A stretch of 64,000 nt of DNA from Patescibacteria group bacterium. GTDB lineage: Bacteria; Patescibacteriota; Patescibacteriia; UBA9570; JAHJKD01. Location: assembly GCA_041660885.1 (NCBI GenBank), contig JBAZVM010000001.1, positions 38,698 through 102,697 on the forward strand. Reading direction: 5' to 3'. Positions 33,667 to 42,743 of this stretch are shown here, piece by piece. The notes beneath the pieces were generated by a model. The model was not told where the DNA came from. It did not search any database and saw nothing but the letters and a program-made list of their open reading frames with translations. Numbering within the stretch: the stretch's first letter is position 1; each line of letters begins with the position of its first letter. The position numbers were made by a program, and so were the translations under genes.

Positions 33667-36600
33667 ATGCGTTATAATTTAAAATCATCTTTTTTAACAA
33701 TACTGATAACCAGTATTTTTTTAATGTCTGCCCATACGGCTTTGGCCCATAGTTTTACCGTAGATGACACGGGAGAAGCTTCAGACGACAGCGCTGGCAA
33801 TGCCGTTTGCCACACGGCCGGAGGCGTTTGCACTCTGCGCGCAGCCGTGGAAGAAGCCAACGCTTTAGCCGGAGATGATACTATAACTTTCAGCATCACC
33901 GGCACCATAGACACCACTTCCGTAATTACCATTACCAGCACCAATAATACTATAGACGCGGGCACTAGTCATAACATTGTATTAAGCTGCAATGCTAAGG
34001 GGCATCATGGTTTATACATAAATAATAAAAGCGGAAATACCATTAAAGGTTTAGTATTTCAAGACTGTGATCGCGCTATTTATATTTATAACACCAGCGC
34101 CACGGGCAATAAAATATATAATAATTATATTGGCACCGATACCACCGGAGCTTCAGCTGTGGCCAACAACGAAGGCGTGTATATCAGCGGCGCGGCCACA
34201 GGAAACTATATAGGCACCAATGGCGACGGCAACAACGACAGTACGGAAGGCAATGTAATTTCCGGCAACACTAATCGCGGTGTTTATATTTATAATACCA
34301 GCACCAACGGTAATTATGTTTCCGGAAATTATATCGGGGTGACCGCGGCGGGAACGGCAGCTCTGTCCAATGGCACAGCCGGCGTATATATTTATAGCGG
34401 TCCGTCTTCCAATATCATCGGCACGAACGGCGATGGCACTTCGGATACCTTAGAGAGAAATATTATTTCAGGAAACACCAATGATGGCGTTTATATTTCC
34501 GCAGACACTACGGATTCCAATCGCGTGGCCGGCAACTACATCGGTTTAAACGCGGCCGGAAATGCAGCCGTGGCTAATGGCAGATACGGCGTTTATATTT
34601 ATAACGGTCCGGAATCAAACATTATCGGCACGAACGGCGATGGCACGGGAGATGCCGGCGAAGGTAATGTTATATCGGGCAACACAGATAATGGTGTATA
34701 TATTACAACAACCGGCAGCAACTCCAACCGCGTGGCCGGCAACTACATCGGTTTAAACGCGGCCGGCACCGCGGCCATAGCAAATTTATACGGTGTTTAT
34801 ATTTATAACGGTCCGGAATCAAACATTATCGGCACGAACGGCGATGGCACGGGAGATGCCGATGAAAAGAATGTTATTTCCGGCAACACAAATTCTGGCA
34901 TTTATATATCTTCGGCCGGAACCCCCGGAACAAGCAGTAATGTAGTAGCCGGCAATTACATCGGTTTAAACGCGGCCGGAAGCGGAGCCGTAGTCAATGA
35001 TCGCGGTGTTTATATTTCAAATAGCGCCCAATCTAATCGCGTCGGCACGGATGCCAATGGCACTTCGGATACCTTAGAAAGAAATATTATTTCCGGCAAC
35101 ACATTGGATGGTGTTTATATATCCGACGCCAGCACATCAAGCAATACCATAAAAGGAAACTACATCGGCACTGGTACGGACGGCACAACGGATTTTGGCA
35201 ATGGCCATCAGGGAATTTTAATAGATGATACCGCCGTTTCCAACACAATAGGCGGCAGCGTAACTGGCGAACCGAATTTAATAAGATACAATGGAGACGC
35301 GGCCAATGAATATGGCGTTTCCATAGAAGACACGGGTACGCGTTATAATAAACTTTCACGCAATCAGATATACGGCAACCAAATAGCCGGCATCCGGCTA
35401 TATGACGGCGCTAATGATGGAATTGCCCAGCCCACCACTACCGGCGCCACGGACGGGGGCGCATCTTCCACTATCACCCTCGCCGGCGCTTGCGAAACGG
35501 ACGCTTCCGGCGTAACAGTAGAAATATTTTCCTCTTCTTCGGGCCAAGGCCAAACTTATATCGGCAATACTACAACCACTAATGGCACTTATACCTACTC
35601 TTTAACCGGCGCGAACACGGCTACGGGTTCAACCTTGGTAGTAACGTCCACGGATTCCGAAAGCAACACTTCCATTTTTTCCGCGGAACGCACCATAACC
35701 GATCTTGAAGCGCAAGCCTTAACCACGGGTACCAGCGCTTCGGTAAATGAAGGGGCGACCGCTTCCTTGGTAGGCGCTTCTTCTTATGATCCTAATAATG
35801 GAGACGCTATAACTTATCTATGGGAAAGAACCGCCGGGGAAAGCGTCTCCATAACCGATTCCGACCAAGCCACAGCTTCCTTTACCGCGCCTTATATTTC
35901 CGGAGACAGCTCGGTAACAGTGCGCTTAACCGTTAACGGCAGCGACTACGCGGAAATAACTATCGACATTAACGGCATAAATGTTCCACCAACTTTAAGC
36001 AGCGTGCCCAACCAAAGTTTAAATGAAAATGTTAGTGAAGACGCAAAATTTGATTTAGATACTTATTTCGCAGACGGAGAAGGAGACGCTATAACTTATT
36101 CCGCGCTTAACGATTTATCCGCCACCCTGGGCACCATGGATGTAAACGCCAACGGTACTGTGGATTTCAATCTAGCCGCAGACTCTATAGGCACGGACAC
36201 CATACAGTTCCGCGCCACAGACGAACACGGTGAATACACGGATTCCAATGAAATAACCGTTACTGTTAACCACGTTAATCACGCGCCTACTAAAACTCAC
36301 GATATAGATCCGGTTTCATTTCAGGCCGGCACAACCACGCCTACTTTATTCGATCTGGATTATTATTTTTCCGATACTGACAGCGATGCTTTAACTTATA
36401 CTGTTTCCGGCAATACTAATGTCGATGTAGATATCGATGCTCAAAATCAAGTTACTTTATCTGCTCTTGCCGCCTATAACGGAACGGAATATTTAACTTT
36501 CACGGCTACGGATCCCAGCTCCTTAAGCGTTAGTTCCAACCAAGTGACTATAACTGTTACTGCGGCTTCAGACGGGGAAGAAGAGATAAACGAGGAAGTG

Positions 36601-37086
36601 TCCTATATAACCGGAAAAACAAAGGGGGCGGGAATAGTAACTCTTTATAACAGCGATAATGAGTCTTTATGCCAGATCAATGCTTGGCACGAAGGCGGCG
36701 CCATTGGCTCTCAAATTAAATTAAATAACAATTATTATATTTCCGTGGTAAAATACCTTTCCGGCAGCACTATGCATATATACGATTTAAATTGCCAGCT
36801 CGTCAATAAAAAAAAGCTGTCCCCGAAGTTACATCCAAGAAAGATGGCCGTAGCCGATCTTCTGGGCAATGCGGCTACCGAAGAAGTGGTTATTTCGGCT
36901 AAAAGAGACGGCCATGTATACGTGAAAATTTATCGTTATAATGTTTCCAAAAATACTTGGTCTTTGCTTATGCAAAAATCTTTTGCGTCAGTGCCGGATA
37001 ATTACAGTTTATCTATATCAAATAAAAAAATATTCATTAAAAACGGCAAAGACAAAACCTTACATAAGTGGGTTGTTTCTTCTTGA
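33667..37086 (+). CDS. Giant secreted right-handed parallel beta-helix (PbH1/NosD-like) protein with PKD/cadherin-like Ig domains and conserved C-terminal module
   Basis: 1139 aa with a signal peptide. At least 8 repeats of NVISGNTNxGVYI...SNRVAGNYIGLNAAG. PKD-like GDAITYLWERTAG. Ig-like VNHAPT segments. C-terminal 157 aa (36613-37083) are homologous to 5031-5507. Confidence 0.8.
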   Translation: MRYNLKSSFLTILITSIFLMSAHTALAHSFTVDDTGEASDDSAGNAVCHTAGGVCTLRAAVEEANALAGDDTITFSITGTIDTTSVITITSTNNTIDAGTSHNIVLSCNAKGHHGLYINNKSGNTIKGLVFQDCDRAIYIYNTSATGNKIYNNYIGTDTTGASAVANNEGVYISGAATGNYIGTNGDGNNDSTEGNVISGNTNRGVYIYNTSTNGNYVSGNYIGVTAAGTAALSNGTAGVYIYSGPSSNIIGTNGDGTSDTLERNIISGNTNDGVYISADTTDSNRVAGNYIGLNAAGNAAVANGRYGVYIYNGPESNIIGTNGDGTGDAGEGNVISGNTDNGVYITTTGSNSNRVAGNYIGLNAAGTAAIANLYGVYIYNGPESNIIGTNGDGTGDADEKNVISGNTNSGIYISSAGTPGTSSNVVAGNYIGLNAAGSGAVVNDRGVYISNSAQSNRVGTDANGTSDTLERNIISGNTLDGVYISDASTSSNTIKGNYIGTGTDGTTDFGNGHQGILIDDTAVSNTIGGSVTGEPNLIRYNGDAANEYGVSIEDTGTRYNKLSRNQIYGNQIAGIRLYDGANDGIAQPTTTGATDGGASSTITLAGACETDASGVTVEIFSSSSGQGQTYIGNTTTTNGTYTYSLTGANTATGSTLVVTSTDSESNTSIFSAERTITDLEAQALTTGTSASVNEGATASLVGASSYDPNNGDAITYLWERTAGESVSITDSDQATASFTAPYISGDSSVTVRLTVNGSDYAEITIDINGINVPPTLSSVPNQSLNENVSEDAKFDLDTYFADGEGDAITYSALNDLSATLGTMDVNANGTVDFNLAADSIGTDTIQFRATDEHGEYTDSNEITVTVNHVNHAPTKTHDIDPVSFQAGTTTPTLFDLDYYFSDTDSDALTYTVSGNTNVDVDIDAQNQVTLSALAAYNGTEYLTFTATDPSSLSVSSNQVTITVTAASDGEEEINEEVSYITGKTKGAGIVTLYNSDNESLCQINAWHEGGAIGSQIKLNNNYYISVVKYLSGSTMHIYDLNCQLVNKKKLSPKLHPRKMAVADLLGNAATEEVVISAKRDGHVYVKIYRYNVSKNTWSLLMQKSFASVPDNYSLSISNKKIFIKNGKDKTLHKWVVSS

Positions 37087-37132
37087 CAGCGATAAAAAAA
37101 AATGATAAATTACGGCATACCTAATAATTAAA

Positions 37133-37206
37133 GCCTATTCTTTAATTACCCAGGCTAAATCAGCAGATTTTACATAAAATCTTTCCGCTGATTCTAGCGA
37201 ATAGGC
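37133..37206 (+). promoter_or_regulatory. Structured 5' leader of the rpsF-ssb-rpsR operon (candidate S6:S18-binding ribosomal-protein leader)
   Basis: Outer stem gcctattc/gaataggc (8 bp) encloses aatcagcaGATTTTAcaTAAAATCtttccgctgatt (nested stems). It ends 20 nt before the rpsF ATG. Confidence 0.3.
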
Positions 37207-37226
37207 CAAATGGAAAGGAAAAGAAA

Positions 37227-37736
37227 ATGACAGAACATTACGAGCTTCTTTTTATTATTCCCGGCTCGATAAACGAAGGGGATGTGGCATCATCTAAAGA
37301 AAAGGTGCTGTCTTTGCTTAACAAACAGGGAGCTAAAATCACCCGCGAAGAGGAATGGGAAAGAAGAAAATTGGGCTATAAAATAAAGCAGGAAACATAC
37401 GGCTATTATAAGCTGTATGAATTCGACGCGGAAAAAAGCATTATCATGGAATTAAACAAGCAATTACGCTTGTTGCCTGAAGTGCTGCGCTTTATTTTGG
37501 TTAAATGCATCGTAAAAACCGCGGAAGATTTAGCTGAAGAAGAAAAAATCAAAGAAAAAATCCGCTTGCGCCAAGCCGAATCCGTAAAAAAAGAATTAAA
37601 AGAGGTCGGGAAAAAGGAAGAAGAAGAAAAGAAAATAGAGATCAAGAAAGAAGAAGAAAAAACAGAAGGAAAGCTTTCCATGGAAGATCTCGATAAAAAG
37701 CTCGATGAAATCTTAGGCGATGATTTAAAAGTTTAA
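37227..37736 (+). CDS. rpsF: 30S ribosomal protein S6 with a long Lys/Glu-rich C-terminal extension
   Basis: YELLFIIPGS...WERRKLGYKIKQETYGYYKLYEF is the S6 core. About 70 extra residues follow (EEEKIKEKIRLRQAESVKKELKEVGKKEEEEKKIEIKKEEEK...). Order is S6-SSB-S18. Confidence 0.85.
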   Translation: MTEHYELLFIIPGSINEGDVASSKEKVLSLLNKQGAKITREEEWERRKLGYKIKQETYGYYKLYEFDAEKSIIMELNKQLRLLPEVLRFILVKCIVKTAEDLAEEEKIKEKIRLRQAESVKKELKEVGKKEEEEKKIEIKKEEEKTEGKLSMEDLDKKLDEILGDDLKV

Positions 37737-37747
37737 CCAATAAATAT

Positions 37748-38179
37748 ATGGACTTAAATAAAGTAATGCTCATCGGCCGCTTAACGCGAGACCCGGAAGT
37801 ACGCACTACTCCCACGGGCCAAACCGTAGCCAGCTTTTCCATTGCCACTAACCGCAGTTGGAAAGACCAATCCGGTCAAAAACAAGATAAGGTTGAGTAT
37901 CATAATTTAGTGGCTTGGAGAAAATTGGCCGAAATCATCCAGCAATACGTAAAAAAGGGCAGCCGCCTTTACGTGGAAGGCCATTTGGAAACCAGATCCT
38001 GGCAAGACCAAACCGGCGTAAAAAAATATCGCACGGAAATAATTTTGGATAACATGATCATGCTGGATTCCAAAGGAGCCGGCGCCAAGGGTCCGGTGCC
38101 TCCGCCAGCCAGTCCGCCTCCGGAACCGGCCGTGAATAATCCGGATGAAGAAATCAGCGTGGAAGACATTCCCTTTTAA
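37748..38179 (+). CDS. ssb: Single-stranded DNA-binding protein
   Basis: MDLNKVMLIGRLTRDPEVRTTPTGQTVASFSIATNR OB fold. Pro-rich linker. Acidic tip EEISVEDIPF. Confidence 0.9.
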   Translation: MDLNKVMLIGRLTRDPEVRTTPTGQTVASFSIATNRSWKDQSGQKQDKVEYHNLVAWRKLAEIIQQYVKKGSRLYVEGHLETRSWQDQTGVKKYRTEIILDNMIMLDSKGAGAKGPVPPPASPPPEPAVNNPDEEISVEDIPF

Positions 38180-38199
38180 TAAATAAATAATATTCTCAT

Positions 38200-38433
38200 A
38201 TGTTTAAAAAGAAAAAACCAGTAAGAAAAGCGGAGGATCGCTTTTGTTATTTCTGCGTAAATAATTTTAAGGAAATTGATTACAAAAAAACCGAAGCTAT
38301 CGGCAAATTCGTATCCAACTATGGTAAAATTCTACCCCGCGAAAGAATGGGCACTTGCGCGAGGCACCAGCGCAAACTGGCGCAAGCGGTAAAGCGCGCC
38401 CGCTACATGGCTTTGCTGCCTTACGTCAAATAA
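38200..38433 (+). CDS. rpsR: 30S ribosomal protein S18
   Basis: CYFCVNNFKEIDYKKTEAIGKFVSNYGKILPRERMGTCARHQRKLAQAVKRARYMALLPY. Confidence 0.9.
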   Translation: MFKKKKPVRKAEDRFCYFCVNNFKEIDYKKTEAIGKFVSNYGKILPRERMGTCARHQRKLAQAVKRARYMALLPYVK

Positions 38434-38469
38434 GCAGATATCCCTCACAATTTAAGCTGTTCTACTTAG

Positions 38470-38500
38470 CCCCAAATTAATTTGGGGTTAAGTTTTTTTT
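38470..38500 (+). terminator. Rho-independent terminator after rpsR
   Basis: ccccaaa-ttaa-tttgggg followed, after 5 nt, by a T8 run. Confidence 0.6.
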
Positions 38501-38539
38501 CTGCTATAATAAGCCTATAAATTATTAACTATTTTTGTC

Positions 38540-39967
38540 ATGAAACGCACTAAAATAGTATGCACCATCGGCCCGGCTTCGGAAAAAAAGGAAGTCCTAA
38601 TTAGAATGATCAAAGCGGGCATGGATGTGGCCCGCTTGAACTTTTCCCATGGCGACTATGCCGAACACAGAACGCTTATTAACAACATCCGCAATGCCGC
38701 CAAAAAATTGGGGCGCCCCGTGGCTATCATGCAAGATCTGCAAGGGCCGCGCATTCGCGTGGGTAATGTGGCCAAAGAAGGCATAGATTTATCCAGACAC
38801 GATAAAGTTGTTTTGCTCTATGAAAAAAAGATCGGCCAATCTTGTCTGGTGGATAAAAATTTAAAAATCCTTCCCATTCAGTTTAAAGAATTGTATTGCT
38901 ACGCCAAAAAAGGATCACATGTATTGATAAACGACGGCTTAATAGATATTCATGTAAATAAAATATATAAAGAAGGCATTTACGGCACTGTCACCAAACC
39001 CGGCATAGTCTTCAGCCACAAAGGCATTAACATTCCTCATGCCAAAATAGAAACTTCCGCTTTAACGGAAAAAGATAAAAAAGATTTGGCTTTTGGCTTA
39101 AAGCAGGATATCGATTTCGTGGCTCTCTCTTTCGTGAACACTGCGGACAACATTAAAACTTTAAAAAAATTCATAAAAAAAGCTCCGGTAGAAATAATCG
39201 CCAAAATAGAAACCAACGAAGGAGTAAAAAATTTCGGGAGCATACTAAAAGAAGCGCACGGCATCATGGTTGCCAGGGGAGACCTGGGCATTGAATTGCC
39301 GCCGGATAAAGTACCCTTAATACAAAAGGATATGATTCGCGCTTGTTTAAAAGCAGCCAAACCGGTTATCGTTGCCACGCAAATGTTAGATTCCATGATA
39401 TTAAATCCCCGGCCCACTCGAGCCGAAGTATCGGATGTAGCCAATGCCGTAATCGATCACACGGACGCGGTCATGCTTTCCGGAGAAAGCGCCTTTGGAA
39501 AATACCCCGTGGAAACAGTCAGCATGATGGCGGAAATTATCAAAGAAACGGAACGCTCTCCTTATGATAACGTTTCCTCTCATTTTCTCACGCAAAAAAA
39601 ATACGAGATGTCCGAATCCATTTCCGCCAATGTTTTTGATCTGGCCAATGAAAATAAAGTAAAAGCCATTGTGATTGATTCCATTTCCGGACACAGCGCC
39701 AAATTAATAAGCCGCTTCAGGCCGGAAACAAATATTATTGTTCTTACCAGCCATAGAAAAACTTTGCGTCAACTGGCCTTAACCTGGGGAGCCTATGCCC
39801 ACCTCATGCCGCGCTGCCATACTCTGGACGAATTACTAAAAAAATCCGTAGTCATGGTTAAAAAAGAAAAACTTGTTAAAAAAGGCGATAAAATTATTAT
39901 TGTTACCGGCCATCCTGTCGGTTATGCTCTAGGTATGAATTTAATCAAAGTGCAGGAAATATCATAA
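38540..39967 (+). CDS. pyk: Pyruvate kinase
   Basis: MKRTKIVCTIGPAS, ARLNFSHG, IIAKIETNEGV, MVARGDLGIELP and VIVATQMLDSM. Confidence 0.9.
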   Translation: MKRTKIVCTIGPASEKKEVLIRMIKAGMDVARLNFSHGDYAEHRTLINNIRNAAKKLGRPVAIMQDLQGPRIRVGNVAKEGIDLSRHDKVVLLYEKKIGQSCLVDKNLKILPIQFKELYCYAKKGSHVLINDGLIDIHVNKIYKEGIYGTVTKPGIVFSHKGINIPHAKIETSALTEKDKKDLAFGLKQDIDFVALSFVNTADNIKTLKKFIKKAPVEIIAKIETNEGVKNFGSILKEAHGIMVARGDLGIELPPDKVPLIQKDMIRACLKAAKPVIVATQMLDSMILNPRPTRAEVSDVANAVIDHTDAVMLSGESAFGKYPVETVSMMAEIIKETERSPYDNVSSHFLTQKKYEMSESISANVFDLANENKVKAIVIDSISGHSAKLISRFRPETNIIVLTSHRKTLRQLALTWGAYAHLMPRCHTLDELLKKSVVMVKKEKLVKKGDKIIIVTGHPVGYALGMNLIKVQEIS

Positions 39968-39984
39968 TTAATCAATTAAAAATT

Positions 39985-42441
39985 ATGGCAATGCAAGCAC
40001 GGGATAAAAAATTTATTTTATGGTTCTCGGAACTGGGAATCAAAGATGTTCCTTTAGTCGGCGGTAAAAACGCTTCTTTGGGAGAAATGTATAATAATTT
40101 AACAAAAAAATGCATTAAAGTGCCCAATGGTTTTGCCATCACGGCTTATGCTTACCGCTATTTTATCGAAAAAGCGAAGCTGCATAAAAAAATTCAGCAA
40201 ATTTTAAAAGGATTAGATACGCATAACATGCATCAGCTCGCGGAAAAAGGCTACCGCGTGCGCGAAACAATACTTGGCGCAGACTTGCCCAAAGAATTAG
40301 AAAAAGAAATCATTATCGCGTATAAACAACTAAGTAAAGAAGCGAGAAGATCCGACCTTGATGTAGCCGTACGCAGCTCCGCCACGGCCGAAGACTTGCC
40401 CGACGCCTCTTTCGCGGGACAACAAGAAACTTTTCTGAACATTCGCGGAGAATACGAAGTAATTCAGTCTGCCAAACGCTGCATGGCTTCCTTATTTACC
40501 AATCGCGCCATCTCTTACAGAGAAGATAAAGGGTTTGATCACTTTGAAATCGCTTTATCCGTGGGCGTACAGCGCATGGTGCGCTCGGACGAAGCCATTT
40601 CCGGCGTTATGTTCTCCATTGATACGGAATCCGGCTTTAAAAACGCCGTACTTATTAATGGTTCTTATGGTTTAGGAGAAATGGTTGTACAGGGAAAAGT
40701 GGATCCGGATGAATTTTATATATTTAAGCCGTCTCTTTTGGAAGGCATAGATTTTAAAAATAAAAAAGCTTGCCAGTATCGTTTCAAACACGCGCCAATT
40801 GTGGGAAAAACTTTGGGTTCAAAAAAAATCAAAATGATTTACTCTCCGGACAGCGCGGAAAGCGTGCGCGAAGTACCGGTATTGCCGGATGACCAAAAAG
40901 TATTTTGCCTAAAAGAAACCGAAGCGCTTAATTTGGCTTATTGGGCTTGTTTGATAGAAGACCATTATAAAAAGCCTATGGATATTGAGTGGGCCAAAGA
41001 CGGCGTAACCAAAGAATTCTATATTGTCCAAGCCAGGCCTGAAACAGTACACTCGCAAGCCAATAAAAAAATATTAGAAGAATATAAAATAGAGCGCCGC
41101 GGAAAAATACTGGCCGAAGGCGTTAGCGTGGGCTCCAAGATCGGAGCGGGAAAGGCCAACTTCATTAAAAGCGCTTCCGATATCAGCAAGTTTAAGCCTG
41201 GTGAGGTCCTCGTCACGGAAATAACCGACCCGGATTGGGAACCGATTATGAAAATCGCCTCGGCTATCGTAACCAACTCCGGCGGACGCACTTCTCACGC
41301 GGCCATAGTCTCCCGCGAATTGGGCATTCCTTGCGTAGTGGGTACGCAGAACGCCACGCAAAATATAAAAACCGGACAGGAAATAACAGTCTCCTGCGCC
41401 GAAGGGGAGCGCGGCTATGTTTATCAGGGAAAAATCCCATTCCAAGTAAAGCGCACGGATCTCTCTAAACTGCAAAACCCTAAAGTTAAATTAATGCAAA
41501 TAGTGGCCGATCCTTCTTTAGCCTTTGATTATTCTCAAATCCCCAATAGCGGCGTAGGTTTAGCCCGGGAAGAACTGATTATTCTCAATCATATAAAAAT
41601 TCATCCTCTGGCTTTGTTGCACTTTGATAAAGTGGAAGATGAAAACACGCGCAAATTAATTACGGACATGACTTACGGTTGGAAAAACAAAGAAGAATTC
41701 TTCGTGAAAAAATTAGCCGAAGGCATCGGCCGCATCGTAGCCGCTTATTGGCCCAATCCGGTTATCGTGCGCCTTTCCGATTTCAAAAGCAACGAATACG
41801 CCAACTTGATCGGCGGAAAATACTTCGAGCCCAAAGAAGAAAACCCCATGATCGGATGGAGAGGCGCTTCCCGCTATTATTCGGAAAAATATAAAGAAGC
41901 GTTTGCTTTGGAATGCCAAGCCCTACGCATCGTGCGCGAAGATATGGGTTTAAAAAACATGTGGCTCATGATTCCGTTCTGCCGCACGCCCGAAGAAGGA
42001 CAAAAGGTACTGGACCTGCTGGCTCAGCACGGGTTAAAACGCGGCTCGGGCAAGGGCAAAGACAAATTAAAAGTAATCGTGATGTGCGAGGTGCCCTCTA
42101 ACGTTCTTATGGCAGACGAATTCTTAAAAATATTCGATGGCTTCTCCATTGGGTCCAACGATCTTACTCAGCTGACATTAGGATTAGACAGAGACTCGGC
42201 TCTGGTTTCTCATATCTACAATGAGAGAAACCCGGCCATGAAAAAAATGTTCAGCATGGCCATCAAGGCTGCCAAGAAAGCGCATAAATATATCGGCATC
42301 TGCGGCCAAGCGCCTTCCGATTTTCCCGAAGTGGCGGAATTTTTAGTTGATTGCAACATTGATAGCATATCCCTAACGCCGGACAGCGTCATGAAAACCA
42401 TGATCAATATCAGCAAATACGAGAAGAAAAAGAAAAAATAA
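39985..42441 (+). CDS. ppsA: Phosphoenolpyruvate synthase (pyruvate, water dikinase)
   Basis: 818 aa. ATP-grasp N-domain (VAVRSSATAEDLPDASFAGQQETFLN), phospho-His swivel GGRTSHAAIVSRELGIPCVVG, and PEP-utilising C-domain with catalytic-Cys context GICGQAPSD. Confidence 0.9.
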   Translation: MAMQARDKKFILWFSELGIKDVPLVGGKNASLGEMYNNLTKKCIKVPNGFAITAYAYRYFIEKAKLHKKIQQILKGLDTHNMHQLAEKGYRVRETILGADLPKELEKEIIIAYKQLSKEARRSDLDVAVRSSATAEDLPDASFAGQQETFLNIRGEYEVIQSAKRCMASLFTNRAISYREDKGFDHFEIALSVGVQRMVRSDEAISGVMFSIDTESGFKNAVLINGSYGLGEMVVQGKVDPDEFYIFKPSLLEGIDFKNKKACQYRFKHAPIVGKTLGSKKIKMIYSPDSAESVREVPVLPDDQKVFCLKETEALNLAYWACLIEDHYKKPMDIEWAKDGVTKEFYIVQARPETVHSQANKKILEEYKIERRGKILAEGVSVGSKIGAGKANFIKSASDISKFKPGEVLVTEITDPDWEPIMKIASAIVTNSGGRTSHAAIVSRELGIPCVVGTQNATQNIKTGQEITVSCAEGERGYVYQGKIPFQVKRTDLSKLQNPKVKLMQIVADPSLAFDYSQIPNSGVGLAREELIILNHIKIHPLALLHFDKVEDENTRKLITDMTYGWKNKEEFFVKKLAEGIGRIVAAYWPNPVIVRLSDFKSNEYANLIGGKYFEPKEENPMIGWRGASRYYSEKYKEAFALECQALRIVREDMGLKNMWLMIPFCRTPEEGQKVLDLLAQHGLKRGSGKGKDKLKVIVMCEVPSNVLMADEFLKIFDGFSIGSNDLTQLTLGLDRDSALVSHIYNERNPAMKKMFSMAIKAAKKAHKYIGICGQAPSDFPEVAEFLVDCNIDSISLTPDSVMKTMINISKYEKKKKK

Positions 42442-42466
42442 TTTCGGAGAATAAATGATAAAAAAA

Positions 42467-42498
42467 CAGAGGCGCCTTATACTGCGTCTCTGTTTTTT
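42467..42498 (+). terminator. Rho-independent terminator after ppsA
   Basis: cagaggcgc-cttatact-gcgtctctg (one G:U pair) followed by T6. Confidence 0.7.
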
Positions 42499-42506
42499 AA
42501 TTTGGG

Positions 42507-42579
42507 TGGGTGCAGAGGGATTTGAACCCACGACCTTATCCTTAAGAGGGATCTGCTCTACCAGCTGAGCTATGCACCC
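42507..42579 (-). tRNA. tRNA-Lys (anticodon CUU)
   Basis: Reverse complement gggtgcatagctcagctggtagagca-gatcc-ctCTTaa-ggata-aggtc-gtgggttcaaatccctc-tgcaccc-a. No encoded CCA. Confidence 0.85.
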
Positions 42580-42592
42580 AAATTATTAGCAG

Positions 42593-42666
42593 TGTGCTCG
42601 GGGGGATTCGAACCCTCAACCTCCTGGTCCGAAGCCAGGCGCTCTATCCAGTTGAGCTACGAGCAC
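42593..42666 (-). tRNA. tRNA-Arg (anticodon UCG)
   Basis: Reverse complement gtgctcgtagctcaactggatagagcg-cctgg-ctTCGga-ccagg-aggtt-gagggttcgaatccccc-cgagcac-a. One A:C mismatch in the T stem. Confidence 0.85.
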
Positions 42667-42743
42667 CTATCAACCACTTCTAATAATGGTTATTAGAGTA
42701 GTAAAAAAACAAGATAAAGTCAATACAATTAATAGAAGAAGGC

